A DNA stretch of 62,348 nt, the filler included. It is 5 parts of 5 records of this genome, joined end to end, with 100 filler letters (N's around TTAATTAATTAA, not from the genome) between each part and the next. Parts side by side here need not be neighbours in the genome. Positions count along the whole stretch, not along the records: positions 1 to 13,488 come from SRR20825010_780; 4 more parts are not named here. One strand, 5' to 3'. The translations under genes were made by a program, and so were the position numbers. Of the stretch, positions 1 through 10,347 are shown piece after piece (position 1 is the stretch's first letter; the number at the start of each line of letters is the position of its first letter). The notes under the pieces were generated by a model. That model saw only the letters and a program-made list of their open reading frames with translations, did no database searches and was not told the DNA's origin.

Positions 1-532
1 CGCGCTTGTCCTTGGCGATCGGGATCTGGTGTTTTTCTGCAAATTCGATGAGGGAGGTGCGCGATGTCAGATCCCATTCACGCCAAGGCGCGATGATCTT
101 GATGTCGGGATTGAGCGCGCCGTAGCTCACTTCGTAACGGACCTGATCATTGCCCTTGCCGGTTGAGCCGTGGCTGACGGCATCTGCCCCGGTCAGGGCC
201 GCGATTTCGATCTGGCGTTTGGCAATGAGTGGGCGAGCAATTGAGGTGCCTAGCAGGTAGACGCCTTCATAGAGGGCATTGGCGCGGAACATCGGGAAGA
301 CATAGTCGCGGACAAATTCTTCGCGCAAATCCTCGATGAAAATCTCTTTGATGCCGAGCATCTGGGCTTTTTGACGTGCCGGTTCCAGCTCTTCGCCCTG
401 GCCGAGATCCGCTGTGAAGGTCACAACCTCGCAGCTATAGGTTTCCTGCAACCATTTGAGGATGATCGAAGTGTCCAGACCGCCGGAATAGGCCAGAACA
501 ACCTTCTTCACGTCTTTTTTCACGCCGCTCAT
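1..532 (-). CDS. argG: argininosuccinate synthase (5' part, runs off window start)
   Basis: Own translation of the minus strand from ATG at 532: [28 protein letters not shown]...[11 protein letters not shown]...[14 protein letters not shown], the ArgG signatures. Absent from the ORF track because it has no stop in the window. Confidence 0.97.
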   Translation of the reverse strand, partial: MSGVKKDVKKVVLAYSGGLDTSIILKWLQETYSCEVVTFTADLGQGEELEPARQKAQMLGIKEIFIEDLREEFVRDYVFPMFRANALYEGVYLLGTSIARPLIAKRQIEIAALTGADAVSHGSTGKGNDQVRYEVSYGALNPDIKIIAPWREWDLTSRTSLIEFAEKHQIPIAKDKR

Positions 533-735
533 GTCGTTTCCCGTTTTTCAAGAGCCTGAGGATCGTTCGCGCCATGACGGCGCTTATTGCGCCGCACTAT
601 AGGCAAATTGGCACCAGCGGCAAGGCTTGCGCCGGAGCCAATTGAGCGGGCTGAAAATATGTCGCGCGGAGGCGAAGTAGCTATAGTGGGCCAAGTCGTG
701 GCGGATGCTGCCAATTGATCGCCGGAGGAATTTCG

Positions 736-1308
736 ATGGGTTATGTTTCTATTATGTTCTTGGCCGTGCTGGCGATCGGATATGGTTGGTATGTCAGCCT
801 GATTACCCGACGCAACAAGGTGCGCGAGGCAATGGGAGGCATTGATGTGCAATTGCGCATGCGGTTCGACCTGCTGCCCAATGTGCTGGAACTGGCTCAG
901 AAGTTCATGACGCATGAAAAGGAGCTGCTTTCCAGCCTGACTTCGCTGCGCGCCATGGTGAATACGCCCTATGACCGCGACGATCCTGCGGCGGCGGGCG
1001 CTCATCTGGAAGCTTCCCGTGCGCTTGATGCGGGATTGGGGCGGCTTTTTGCGGTGGCGGAAAACTATCCTGAATTGCGTTCGGCGGAGACGATCACGCG
1101 GGCTCAAGCCACTTACGAGGAGGTTGAGGCCAATATTGCTGCTGCACGGCGCTTCTATAATTCGTCTGTCGCGTCGCTGAATAATGCGGTCGAGGTTTTC
1201 CCCGGTTCGGTCATTGCCCAATGGGCGAATGTGATGCCCTTTCCGTTTTACGAGATCACAGAACCTGCCGCCCGGGAACCTGTTCGGGTTTCCGACCACA
1301 TGAAGTAG
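736..1308 (+). CDS. lemA: LemA family protein
   Basis: N-terminal TM helix, IDVQLRMRFDLLPN, AVAENYPELRS, AARRFYN motifs; GGAGGA at 724-729 favours ATG 736. Confidence 0.9.
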   Translation: MGYVSIMFLAVLAIGYGWYVSLITRRNKVREAMGGIDVQLRMRFDLLPNVLELAQKFMTHEKELLSSLTSLRAMVNTPYDRDDPAAAGAHLEASRALDAGLGRLFAVAENYPELRSAETITRAQATYEEVEANIAAARRFYNSSVASLNNAVEVFPGSVIAQWANVMPFPFYEITEPAAREPVRVSDHMK

Positions 1309-1314
1309 TGCCTC

Positions 1315-2274
1315 TTGGCCGATCCTGAAGGGACCATACCGCCTCATATTTCCGGTGACGAGGAATTCGACGGGTTCTTCGCGCGTGAAGTCCTGCCTTG
1401 GTTGGAGGGGGAAGAGCAGAAGCGACGCGTCTTGGCAGAGAAGGCGAAACGTAATGGTTTAATTGTGGCAGGCGTGACTTTTGCCGTTGTCATTCTTGCT
1501 CTCTATTTGCGTTTGCCGATCGGAGTACTGATTTTCATATTGGCGCTGGGCGGGATTGTCGGCTTTGCATCAGGCTTTCGCCTTTATCTCTGGGCGGATA
1601 GTTTTAATGAGGCGCTGTCAAACAAGATTTTCGGATATTTTGGATTTGAATATAGCTCCAAACCTTCAGCGCAATTTCTTGAACGCTTCAGTGGTTTTGG
1701 TTTGCTGCCTTCGTATGACGGTTATGACCTGACGGATCAGGTGAGCGGCAAGATCGACGGCATGGCCTTTCACCTTGTCGAGGCGGAATTGAGCCGGACG
1801 ACCAAAACAAAAAAGGGAAGCACTAAAACGCTCGTGTTTCATGGGTTGTTGGTTTGTGCAGATTTTTCGAAGCCGTTTGTCGGACGTACGCTCATTAAGA
1901 CCGACCAAGGCGCGATTTCACATTTTCTTAGGAACATATTCGGCAATGATGCTGTCGTCCGGTTGGAAGACCCGGCTTTCGAGGCTGAGTTCGACGTTTT
2001 TAGCAATGATCAGATCGAGGCACGTACGCTTCTGACGCCTGCCTTTATGGAGCGTTTGCTTGCTTTGCGGCGAAGGATGGACGGGCCTGTTCGCGGTGCA
2101 TTCTATCAAGGGAAATTCTGGCTCGCGATTGACGGACGGCGTGACTATTTTCCGTCCTATTCGTCATGGCAGGATGTGCGTGATCCGGATCAGGCGCGGA
2201 AGCTGGTGCGGGATATAAGTCTGATCAGCTCCGTGCTGCAATTGCTGAAGCTGGATAGCGGCACGCGGGTCTGA
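1315..2274 (+). CDS. two-TM membrane protein, DUF3137-like, cotranscribed with lemA
   Basis: Two N-terminal TM helices; VRLEDPAFEAEFDVFSNDQIEARTLLTPAFMERL motif; starts 6 bp after lemA. Confidence 0.75.
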   Translation: MADPEGTIPPHISGDEEFDGFFAREVLPWLEGEEQKRRVLAEKAKRNGLIVAGVTFAVVILALYLRLPIGVLIFILALGGIVGFASGFRLYLWADSFNEALSNKIFGYFGFEYSSKPSAQFLERFSGFGLLPSYDGYDLTDQVSGKIDGMAFHLVEAELSRTTKTKKGSTKTLVFHGLLVCADFSKPFVGRTLIKTDQGAISHFLRNIFGNDAVVRLEDPAFEAEFDVFSNDQIEARTLLTPAFMERLLALRRRMDGPVRGAFYQGKFWLAIDGRRDYFPSYSSWQDVRDPDQARKLVRDISLISSVLQLLKLDSGTRV

Positions 2275-2403
2275 CGGGATTGTTGTTTGTTTCGTATTGC
2301 TCGATTTTCCATTTCCTTTGCAATCCGCTTTGCGTAAGCCGGTCTGGATATCGGGCAAATCACATCCTAGATTTTAGCGGCTTTCCTGAATATCTCAGGG
2401 CTG

Positions 2404-3018
2404 ATGAATGACAAGAGGCCGTTTATGCCGAAAACAGTTGAGTTCTGGTACGAGTTTGCCTCGACCTATTCTTACCCTGCTTCCATGCGTGTCGAGCGGC
2501 TGGCTGATGCTGCGGGTGTGAGCCTGAAGTGGCGGCCTTTTTTGTTGGGGCCGATTTTCGGGGCACAAGGCTGGAATGATAGCCCGTTCAATATCTATCC
2601 CGCCAAGGGCCGGTATATGTGGCGTGACATGGCACGCATTTGTGAGGCTGACGGGTTTGAGCTGAAGGCACCTGTACGTTTTCCGCAGAACGGGTTGAAG
2701 GCGGCTCGTATCGCTTTGCTGGGTGCTGAGGAAGGTTGGGGCGGCGCATTTACCCGTAGTGTCTATCTTGCCAATTTCGCCGAGCAAAAAGATATTTCCG
2801 ATGATGCTGTTCTTGGGAACATTCTGGTTTCTTTGGGACAGAACGCTGCTGATATTGTTGCTCGCGCCAATGAAGATGCAAACAAGGAACGACTGAAAGT
2901 TCAGACACAGGTAGCCATTACGCATGGCATTTTCGGTGCGCCGAGTTTTCTGGTGGGTGATGAACTCTTCTGGGGTAATGACCGGTTGGAAGATGCGCTA
3001 GCATGGGCCAAGCGTTGA
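2404..3018 (+). CDS. 2-hydroxychromene-2-carboxylate isomerase / GST-kappa (DsbA-like) family
   Basis: FWYEFASTYSY, WRPFLLG, GIFGAPSF, FWGNDRLE motifs; true start may be ATG 2425. Confidence 0.88.
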   Translation: MNDKRPFMPKTVEFWYEFASTYSYPASMRVERLADAAGVSLKWRPFLLGPIFGAQGWNDSPFNIYPAKGRYMWRDMARICEADGFELKAPVRFPQNGLKAARIALLGAEEGWGGAFTRSVYLANFAEQKDISDDAVLGNILVSLGQNAADIVARANEDANKERLKVQTQVAITHGIFGAPSFLVGDELFWGNDRLEDALAWAKR

Positions 3019-3067
3019 GCTAGGCTCGCCATATTATTAAGCGGCCAATTGTGCGCCGTTCTCCCTG

Positions 3068-3409
3068 CTAATGAAAGACAGCAGGGAGGTCTGATTCAGG
3101 AATCAGAAGATCATCCGAGATCTTCAACCAGATTTCTTCCAACAGCTCGGCTTTGCCTTCGCCTTGAGGCGTGTCTTGTGTAGCGGTGCTCTGGCGGGCG
3201 GCGAAGGCTTTGTCGCGAGCGTCTTTCGAAGGCCAGCGTGCATAGGCGATCCAGTCGCCGTTTTCTGCGCGATGCAGGCGCGAGCCGCCGCCGCCATGAT
3301 GTGCGACAATCTCTTCGGTGATTTCGTGCCACCGACGCTGGAACTCGGCTTCGTGTCGGGCTTCCACGCGCCAGCGATAGATGACAGCGAACATATTTGT
3401 ATTCCTCAA
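3068..3409 (-). CDS. antibiotic biosynthesis monooxygenase (dimeric alpha-beta barrel) family protein
   Basis: FAVIYRWRV...GSRLHR...IAYARWPS pattern, about 110 aa. Confidence 0.7.
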   Translation of the reverse strand: MRNTNMFAVIYRWRVEARHEAEFQRRWHEITEEIVAHHGGGGSRLHRAENGDWIAYARWPSKDARDKAFAARQSTATQDTPQGEGKAELLEEIWLKISDDLLIPESDLPAVFH

Positions 3410-3414
3410 CTTTC

Positions 3415-4653
3415 TCAGTCGATCAGCTGTCCGATCTCGAAAACAAGAATGGCGGCGCTCAGCATCGCTCCTGTTACAGGCACCCAGATCGGTACGGTGA
3501 AGTGGCTTGGTGTTGATCGATCCTGCAGCTTGATGCGCCAGAGGGCAAGATTGACCATGGTGAAAATGCTCAGCGCAATAAAGGTTGTCGTGCGGGCGAG
3601 GCCTGCCAGCGGAAAGACAATGGCCAGCAGGAGAACGATGGCAATGACGACACCGGTTGCGATGACGGGTGTCTGGGTGTGGCGGTTGATGCGCCCGAAA
3701 ATAGCAGGCATCGCACCGGTTCCGACCATGCCGTAGAGCACACGCGATGCCATGATGATCTGTACCAGCACAGTGTTGACTGTGGCCAGAACTGCGATGC
3801 CGGCAAAGGCGGCGGCGCTGTGGCCGGATGCGCGTTCAAAGACAAGGGCGAGCGGTGCATCGCTGGCGGCCAGTTCGGCCGGCGGCACCACATTGATCGC
3901 CACTGTGACAACTGTGAGATAGAGCAAAGTGGTCAGGATTAATGTCCATGTGATAGCACGCGGCATGATTTTTTCGGGTTCGCGCACCTCCTCGGCCATA
4001 TTCACAAGGTCTTCAAAACCGATAAAGGCAAAGAAGGCGACAAGAGTGCCTGTCAGTACACCTGTGATGATGGCGCTCGTGCCGATCCCACTTAGGGGTA
4101 TCGACCATGCAGGCCAGTGCAGAATATCGGGACTGCCGATGCTCCAGAAGCCGAAGGCGAGAATGAGGAAAAGCCCGCCTAGTTCGATAATGGTTAGAAT
4201 GACGGTGACGGCAACTGATTGCACCACACCCCACATGGCTATTGCGCCCAATGCGCCAATGAAAAGGAGTTTGGCCAGCCAGTCCGGCAGGCTCAGGATT
4301 TCGCTGATATAGCCCGCCGCACCGTTGGTGACTGTGGCGGAGGAGACAACGCCGACAAAGACCACTGTAAGGCCGACAATCTGTGAGAGGCGCAAATTGC
4401 CAAACGCTTCCAGCACATACAGTGCTTCGCCAGCGCTTCTTGGCAGACGTGCGGAAAGTTCGGCGAAGGTGAAGGCAGATGGGGCCGCAATAAGGGCTGC
4501 AAGCAGAAAGGACAGCGGTGCGAGTGGTCCGGCCATTCCGGCTGAGACGCCTACCAGCACATAGATTCCCGCGCCGACTGTAACGCCGACGCCGTAAATG
4601 ACGAGGGGGAGAAGGCCAATACTGCGGCGGAGGGCGGGTTGCGGGTCTGTCAC
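3415..4653 (-). CDS. APC family amino acid permease
   Basis: About 12 hydrophobic segments; GVTVGAGIY, AELSARLPRSAGE, FFAFIGFEDL. Confidence 0.92.
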   Translation of the reverse strand: MTDPQPALRRSIGLLPLVIYGVGVTVGAGIYVLVGVSAGMAGPLAPLSFLLAALIAAPSAFTFAELSARLPRSAGEALYVLEAFGNLRLSQIVGLTVVFVGVVSSATVTNGAAGYISEILSLPDWLAKLLFIGALGAIAMWGVVQSVAVTVILTIIELGGLFLILAFGFWSIGSPDILHWPAWSIPLSGIGTSAIITGVLTGTLVAFFAFIGFEDLVNMAEEVREPEKIMPRAITWTLILTTLLYLTVVTVAINVVPPAELAASDAPLALVFERASGHSAAAFAGIAVLATVNTVLVQIIMASRVLYGMVGTGAMPAIFGRINRHTQTPVIATGVVIAIVLLLAIVFPLAGLARTTTFIALSIFTMVNLALWRIKLQDRSTPSHFTVPIWVPVTGAMLSAAILVFEIGQLID

Positions 4654-4682
4654 GTTAGGTCCCTTTGTTCCCGCGACCGATG

Positions 4683-5885
4683 CTAGAGTGTTTCGGCAGC
4701 GGCCTGTTTGAAGCGTTCGCTGGCCCGCACTTTAACGGTTTCGCTCTTGAGCTGGCCACAAGCGGCCATGATGTCACGACCACGCGGTGTACGCACGGGA
4801 CTTGCGTAACCTGCGCGGTTCACCACATCAGCAAATTTTTCAATCGTTGCCCAGTCTGAACATTCGTAGGGCGAACCCGGCCATGGATTGAACGGGATCA
4901 GATTGATTTTGGCCGGGATGCCTTTCAGCAGACGCACCAGCGATTTGGCATCTTCCATGCTGTCATTGATGCCTTTCAGCATCACATATTCAAACGTGAT
5001 GCGGCGCGCGTTGGAAAGGCCGGGATAGTTGCGGCAGGCCTCTAGCAATTCGGCAATGGGGTATTTCTTGTTGAGCGGTACAAGCTTGTTGCGTGTCTCG
5101 TCATTCACCGCATGGAGCGAGATGGCGAGCATGGAGCCGATCTCGTCGCCAGCACGGATGATTTCGGGCACAACGCCGGATGTGGACAGTGTGATGCGGC
5201 GCTTGGAAAGCGACAGGCCTTCGCCATCCGACACGATGTCGAGCGCGGCGCGCACATTATCGAAATTATAAAGCGGTTCACCCATGCCCATCATGACGAT
5301 GTTGGTCACCATGCGGTCATCGGAATTGCGGCCCGAGTTTGGCCATTCGCCAAGCGCGTCACGCGCGACGAGGAGCTGACCCACAATTTCGCCCGGCGTC
5401 AGATTGCGCACGAGCTTTTGTGTGCCCGTGTGGCAAAAGGTGCAGGTGAGTGTGCAGCCGACCTGAGAGGATATGCACAGCGTGCCGCGACCTTCTTCGG
5501 GAATATAGACGGCTTCGACTTCGGGGCCGGGCACACCGGGTTTGTCGGAGGCCAGACGCAGCAGCCATTTGCGGGTGCCGTCCACCGACTTTTGTTCGGT
5601 CACGATTTCCGGACGGCCGAGTGTGAAATGCTCGGCGAATTTGGCGCGAAGGTCTTTTGACAGCGTGGTCATTTCGGCAAAATCGGTCAGGCCGCGTGTA
5701 TATATGCCGTTCCACAACTGCGTAACGCGCATCTTGATCTCGCGCGGAGCAAGGCCCAAACCGGCAAGTGCTTCGCCCAATTCCTCGCGGCTCAGGCCAA
5801 GCAAGTTCCGACGCGCAGGCGCGGTTGTGCTGTCCGGTGATTTGGGACCGGCGGACTTATGCGAAATGTCGAGGCTTTGCACCAT
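4683..5885 (-). CDS. rlmN: 23S rRNA A2503/tRNA A37 C2-methyltransferase RlmN
   Basis: Radical SAM CxxxCxxC (CTLTCTFC), MGMGEP, AACGQL. Confidence 0.97.
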   Translation of the reverse strand: MVQSLDISHKSAGPKSPDSTTAPARRNLLGLSREELGEALAGLGLAPREIKMRVTQLWNGIYTRGLTDFAEMTTLSKDLRAKFAEHFTLGRPEIVTEQKSVDGTRKWLLRLASDKPGVPGPEVEAVYIPEEGRGTLCISSQVGCTLTCTFCHTGTQKLVRNLTPGEIVGQLLVARDALGEWPNSGRNSDDRMVTNIVMMGMGEPLYNFDNVRAALDIVSDGEGLSLSKRRITLSTSGVVPEIIRAGDEIGSMLAISLHAVNDETRNKLVPLNKKYPIAELLEACRNYPGLSNARRITFEYVMLKGINDSMEDAKSLVRLLKGIPAKINLIPFNPWPGSPYECSDWATIEKFADVVNRAGYASPVRTPRGRDIMAACGQLKSETVKVRASERFKQAAAETL

Positions 5886-6057
5886 TTTCGAAGGGTCTTG
5901 CTGCTAAGAAACGAAAAAGCCGATCGGGCACACCATCATCCTTCAAAAAGGCGGGGTGCCGCAATCGGCGTTCTCTTAGCATGAAACCGTCGCTTGCTGC
6001 CAATCGGGCTGACAAATGAGGTTAATCTCTCCCCAAATGCCGAACCGCGAACAGAGC

Positions 6058-6624
6058 TTATTTGCAGCTCTGGTCGATTTTGGTCAGCGCGTTAGATGAA
6101 CCTTTGAGCGAATAAGTGTCCGTTGTCAGTGTGTTACGGGAAGAAGTGCCCTTGATGATCATGGTCGATCCAGCCCGAAGCGCACGCACCATGGCGCCTT
6201 CGTCCTTGGAATTGTCCAGCCAAGCCCAGTTCTGATGCTCGCCACCTTCGGCGACGCCCGAGAACATCTGGAAACTTTTGCTGTCGATCTTGGCAAAAGG
6301 CTTGGATGTGGCTGAAAAGGGATAGCCGATCCGCATGCTGATCTCATTGCGGATATTGCGGCCAGGGCGGTGTGTCACCATGAAATAGACATCGCCTCGT
6401 GTTGCCCCTTTTGGTGCCATGGACTTGGGTTCAGACAGCACATAGCAGATGCGATCCTTGCCTGATCCATAGGAATAGGCCGCCCAATCATCATATTTCC
6501 CCAACAGCTTTGGGGCATCTGCCGCCATAGCCGGGCTCAGGGTCACACTGGCCGCGATGGCCATGAGGGTGAGGGAGAAAAGCGCCAAGGGGGTCGCAAA
6601 TAAGCGCGTGCATTTCAGCATCAA
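6058..6624 (-). CDS. invasion associated locus B (IalB) family periplasmic protein
   Basis: Signal peptide, DWAAY...CY, GTSSRNTLTTDTYSLKG, terminal Cys; usual neighbour of rlmN in alphaproteobacteria. Confidence 0.8.
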   Translation of the reverse strand: MMLKCTRLFATPLALFSLTLMAIAASVTLSPAMAADAPKLLGKYDDWAAYSYGSGKDRICYVLSEPKSMAPKGATRGDVYFMVTHRPGRNIRNEISMRIGYPFSATSKPFAKIDSKSFQMFSGVAEGGEHQNWAWLDNSKDEGAMVRALRAGSTMIIKGTSSRNTLTTDTYSLKGSSNALTKIDQSCK

Positions 6625-6818
6625 TCAGACTCGTTCGTTTGCGTAAGGGTGAGGCAGCATAACGGCACTGGTCAGCAAATTCCAGCAACACATGGTAAAA
6701 TAACAGATTCCTCGGTTCGGGCGTCTGCAATTATGGCATGGCAGGGAGTGCATGTGGTAAATCAGTGGGCAGGAAATTCATCCAAAAGAAAAGTTATTAC
6801 TCAAACAGGGAAACGATC

Positions 6819-7823
6819 ATGAAAGCTGTATTGTGCAAGGAATATGGACCGCCTTCGAGCCTTGTTATCGAAGATGTGCCCTCGCCGGAGCCCAAAAAGG
6901 GTCAGGTGCTGCTGGAAGTTCATTCCGCAGCGATCAATTTTCCCGACGTTCTGATCATCGAGAACAAATATCAGTTCAAACCGCCGCTGCCTTTCTCGCC
7001 GGGTGGCGAAGTAGCCGGTGTGGTGACGAAGCTTGGTGAAGGCGTTACCAAGGTTGCAGTCGGCGACCGCGTGATCGGCTCTTGCGGCTGGGGTGGTTTT
7101 GCCGAAGAAATCGCGCTGGAGGAAGCGCGTGTCACGCCCATCCCCGACGAGATGGATTTTGTGACGGCCTCCGCTTTCCTCATGACCTACGGCACATCGC
7201 ATCACGCGTTGAAAGACCGTGCGAATATTCAGCCGGGCGAGACGCTGCTTGTGCTCGGTGCTGCCGGTGGTGTGGGGCTTGCCGCTGTTGAACTTGGCAA
7301 GGCCATGGGCGCACGTGTGATTGCGGCTGTTTCGTCGGAAGACAAGCTCAAAGTCGCAAAAGATCATGGTGCGGATGAAGGCTTTGTCTATCCCACAGGC
7401 GCGCTTGACCGCGATCAGCAAAAAGCATTGACCGACAAGATCAAGGAACTGACCGGCGGTAACGGTGCTGATGTCGTTTATGATCCGGTTGGTGGCGATT
7501 ATGCTGAGCCGGCTCTGCGTGCGACCAACTGGGAAGGTCGTTATCTGGTTGTCGGTTTTGCCGCTGGTCCGATCCCCAAGATTCCGCTCAATCTTGCGCT
7601 GCTGAAAGGCTGTCAGATTGTTGGTGTGTTCTGGGGTGCATTTACAGGACGTGAACCCGCACGGCATCAGGAAAATCTGAAAGAGCTTATGGGTTGGTTC
7701 AAGCAGGGCAAGCTCAAGCCGCATGTCTCGCGCGAGTACAAGTTCTCGGAGGTGGCTGAGGCATTGGACGACATGGCCGCGCGTAAGGTTAAGGGCAAGA
7801 TTGTTCTGGTTCCCGAGCGCTGA
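6819..7823 (+). CDS. NADPH:quinone oxidoreductase (MDR/zeta-crystallin family)
   Basis: MKAVLC, INFPDVL, PFSPGGE, GAAGGVG, GKIVL. Confidence 0.93.
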   Translation: MKAVLCKEYGPPSSLVIEDVPSPEPKKGQVLLEVHSAAINFPDVLIIENKYQFKPPLPFSPGGEVAGVVTKLGEGVTKVAVGDRVIGSCGWGGFAEEIALEEARVTPIPDEMDFVTASAFLMTYGTSHHALKDRANIQPGETLLVLGAAGGVGLAAVELGKAMGARVIAAVSSEDKLKVAKDHGADEGFVYPTGALDRDQQKALTDKIKELTGGNGADVVYDPVGGDYAEPALRATNWEGRYLVVGFAAGPIPKIPLNLALLKGCQIVGVFWGAFTGREPARHQENLKELMGWFKQGKLKPHVSREYKFSEVAEALDDMAARKVKGKIVLVPER

Positions 7824-7842
7824 AACAAAGATGTGAATGTCG

Positions 7843-7870
7843 AACGCGGGCTGCGGCCCGCGTTTGATTT
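7843..7870 (+). terminator. GC-rich hairpin, probable intrinsic terminator
   Basis: AACGCGGGC-TGCG-GCCCGCGTT then a short T-rich tail, 20 bp after the stop codon. Confidence 0.6.
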
Positions 7871-7888
7871 ACCGACCTATCAAAGGGG

Positions 7889-8617
7889 TTGAAGCCGATG
7901 CGGCGAAGTTTGGTGATGATTGGTGGCCTGTTGTTTGTCGCCATTCTCGCGTTGTTCGGCTTCCTCCTCTATGTCCTGCTGTCGTCGGGCGATCCGGCTT
8001 ATTATGCAGGTGACATTGCTGCATTCGAGCGTCGCGATGTGTCCAACCCTCCACCGCGTGGCGCGGTTCTGTTTCTTGGTGACGATGATGTGCGCCAATG
8101 GGAAACGCTGGGACGTGACATGGCGCCTGTTCCTACTATTTCGCGCGGCTTTGGTGGCGCGCAGATTTCGCACATCACATTTTATATTCCTCGCATTGTT
8201 GTGCCCTATCGCCCCAAAGCAATTGTAATGATTGCGGGCGAAAGTGATATGTCGGGCGCACATGAGCGGCGACCAGAAGATGTCTTGTCGGACTTCCAGG
8301 CGTTTGTGGCGGCTTTGCGCAAGGCGCGCGTCAACGCGCCGGTCTATTTTGTCTCTATCAATCCCGAGCCTTTGCGCGCCTCGCGCTGGTTGGGCATTAA
8401 GCGGGCCAATGCTCTGCTGGAAGAGTTCATCGCGACCGATAAAAGTCTGCGCTACATTGATGTTGCATCGTCAATGCTGGATGGAACAGGCGAGGCTAAT
8501 GACGATCTTTATCGCTGGGATGGTCTGACACTGAACGCGCAGGGTCATGCGCTGATCGGTGCAATCATCAAGAAGCGCTTGCTGGACGACGGGTTTGGTC
8601 CACGCGCACCGCGCTAG
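7889..8617 (+). CDS. membrane-anchored SGNH/GDSL-fold protein lacking canonical catalytic residues
   Basis: N-terminal TM helix; block-like motifs LFLGDDD, RGFGG, AGESD, DGLTLN. Confidence 0.75.
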   Translation: MKPMRRSLVMIGGLLFVAILALFGFLLYVLLSSGDPAYYAGDIAAFERRDVSNPPPRGAVLFLGDDDVRQWETLGRDMAPVPTISRGFGGAQISHITFYIPRIVVPYRPKAIVMIAGESDMSGAHERRPEDVLSDFQAFVAALRKARVNAPVYFVSINPEPLRASRWLGIKRANALLEEFIATDKSLRYIDVASSMLDGTGEANDDLYRWDGLTLNAQGHALIGAIIKKRLLDDGFGPRAPR

Positions 8618-8666
8618 ATTCTTAGAATTAAAATCAACGAATATAAAAATGAAAAGGGAGAGCAAT

Positions 8667-9887
8667 ATGGCATTGGAGAAATTTTCGCACGAGACGTCGG
8701 CGGGGCTCGTCGAAGGCGAGATTGATCCCAAATTCAAAGGCGTGGCGGAAGCCTTTGTCGAGAATTTTGAAAAGCGCGATGAGGTCGGAGCCAATGTGGC
8801 TGTGACACTCGAAGGCAAGACGCTTGTTGATCTCTGGGGTGGCCGCAAAGCGCGCGATGGAGACGCATGGACGCGCGATACGATGTCGATCGTATTTTCG
8901 TGCACCAAAGGCGCGACAGCCATTTGCGCGCATTTGCTTGCCGATCGCGGCTTACTTGATCTCGATGCGCCGGTTGCCAAATATTGGCCCGAGTTTGCCA
9001 AGAACGGTAAAGAAGATGCCACTGTTTCCATGATGCTCGACCATTCGGTCGGTCTGCCGCATTTGCGCACCAAGCTCAAAGATGGTGCCTATTGTGACTA
9101 TGACTACATGGTGAAACTGCTGGAAGAGGAAGCGCCGTTCTGGCAGCCGGGCACGCGCAACGGCTATCACGGTGTGACATTCGCATGGACGGTGGGCGAG
9201 CTTGTTCATCGCGCTTCGGGCAAGCGCCTTGGTGAGTTTTTTCGAGATGAGATCGCTAAGCCGCTGGGTCTCGATTTTCATATCGGATTGCCCGAGAGTG
9301 AAGAGGCCCGCGTCGCGCCGATGATATATGCCGAGCCGGATGCGGCAACACTGGCGTCTAAGTTCACGCAGGCTGTGATGACGGATCCGAATTCTGCATC
9401 ACATCTTTTTTTGATGAATAATGGTGGCGCGAATTTTAATTCGCGTGAATTCCATGCCGCCGAAATCGGTTCTGCAAACGGCATTTCAAATGGTCGTGGA
9501 CTTGCTGGTCTTTATGCGCCGCTGGCCAATGGCAAACTTGTATCTGCCGATACACTGGCTCGTATGGGCCGTGTGGCTATGGCGACGCATGAAGATGCGA
9601 CCTTGCTCATTCCGTCGCGCTTTGCGATGGGCTTCATGAAGTCGATGGATAATCGCAAGATCCCTAATACCAATAATATGAGCTGCATAATGTCTGACGC
9701 CGCCTTTGGCCATGTGGGCATGGGCGGCTCGATCGGGTTTGCCGATCCGCAGGCCAAAATGAGTTTCGGTTATAATATGAACCGGATGGGTAATGGCATT
9801 CTCGTCAATGATCGCTGCCAGTCGCTGATCGACGAAACATATAAGGCGCTGGGCTATCGTTCCAATGCGTCGGGTGTTTGGGCCTGA
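8667..9887 (+). CDS. serine hydrolase, beta-lactamase fold (family VIII esterase-like)
   Basis: SxxK (FSCTKG), LDLDAPVAKYWPEF, GYHGVTF, AFGHVGMGGSIGFADP; no signal peptide; GGGAG before ATG 8667. Confidence 0.9.
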   Translation: MALEKFSHETSAGLVEGEIDPKFKGVAEAFVENFEKRDEVGANVAVTLEGKTLVDLWGGRKARDGDAWTRDTMSIVFSCTKGATAICAHLLADRGLLDLDAPVAKYWPEFAKNGKEDATVSMMLDHSVGLPHLRTKLKDGAYCDYDYMVKLLEEEAPFWQPGTRNGYHGVTFAWTVGELVHRASGKRLGEFFRDEIAKPLGLDFHIGLPESEEARVAPMIYAEPDAATLASKFTQAVMTDPNSASHLFLMNNGGANFNSREFHAAEIGSANGISNGRGLAGLYAPLANGKLVSADTLARMGRVAMATHEDATLLIPSRFAMGFMKSMDNRKIPNTNNMSCIMSDAAFGHVGMGGSIGFADPQAKMSFGYNMNRMGNGILVNDRCQSLIDETYKALGYRSNASGVWA

Positions 9888-9912
9888 TTATTGTCTTTGA
9901 AGCGAGCGCCGT

Positions 9913-10338
9913 TCAGTCCTTGTACCGGCGCTCGTCTTCGCGGATCGCAATGTCATTGATGCTGGCATCGCGACGTGCCATTAGCCCTTCGGCATCGAAC
10001 TCCCATTGTTCATTACCGTGTGAGCGGAACCATTGGCCGTCCGCATTGTGCCATTCATATTCAAAGCGCACCGCGATGCGATTGCCGTCGAAGGCCCAGA
10101 GTTCTTTCATCAACTTGTAGTCGAGTTCTCTTTCCCATTTGCCGCGCAGGAAGGCTTTGATTTCTTTGCGGCCTTTGATGAACTGGTCACGATTGCGCCA
10201 GTCGGAGTCCGGCGTATAGGCGAGTGCGATGCGTTCCGGGTCGCGCGAATTCCAGGCGTTTTCGGCGGCTTTCACCTTGGCGAGCGCGGTTTCGCGGGTG
10301 AAAGGCGGTTTGATAGATGTCGGTGCGGGGGCATTCAT
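9913..10338 (-). CDS. NTF2-like protein (DUF1348 type)
   Basis: [38 protein letters not shown]. Confidence 0.88.
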   Translation of the reverse strand: MNAPAPTSIKPPFTRETALAKVKAAENAWNSRDPERIALAYTPDSDWRNRDQFIKGRKEIKAFLRGKWERELDYKLMKELWAFDGNRIAVRFEYEWHNADGQWFRSHGNEQWEFDAEGLMARRDASINDIAIREDERRYKD

Positions 10339-10347
10339 AGTCGGGCC

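Noticed and set aside
8667-9887. Beta-lactamase-fold gene as a resistance gene or as the BlaI target
   Set aside because: No signal peptide, esterase-type motifs, and on a different contig from the BlaI pair.
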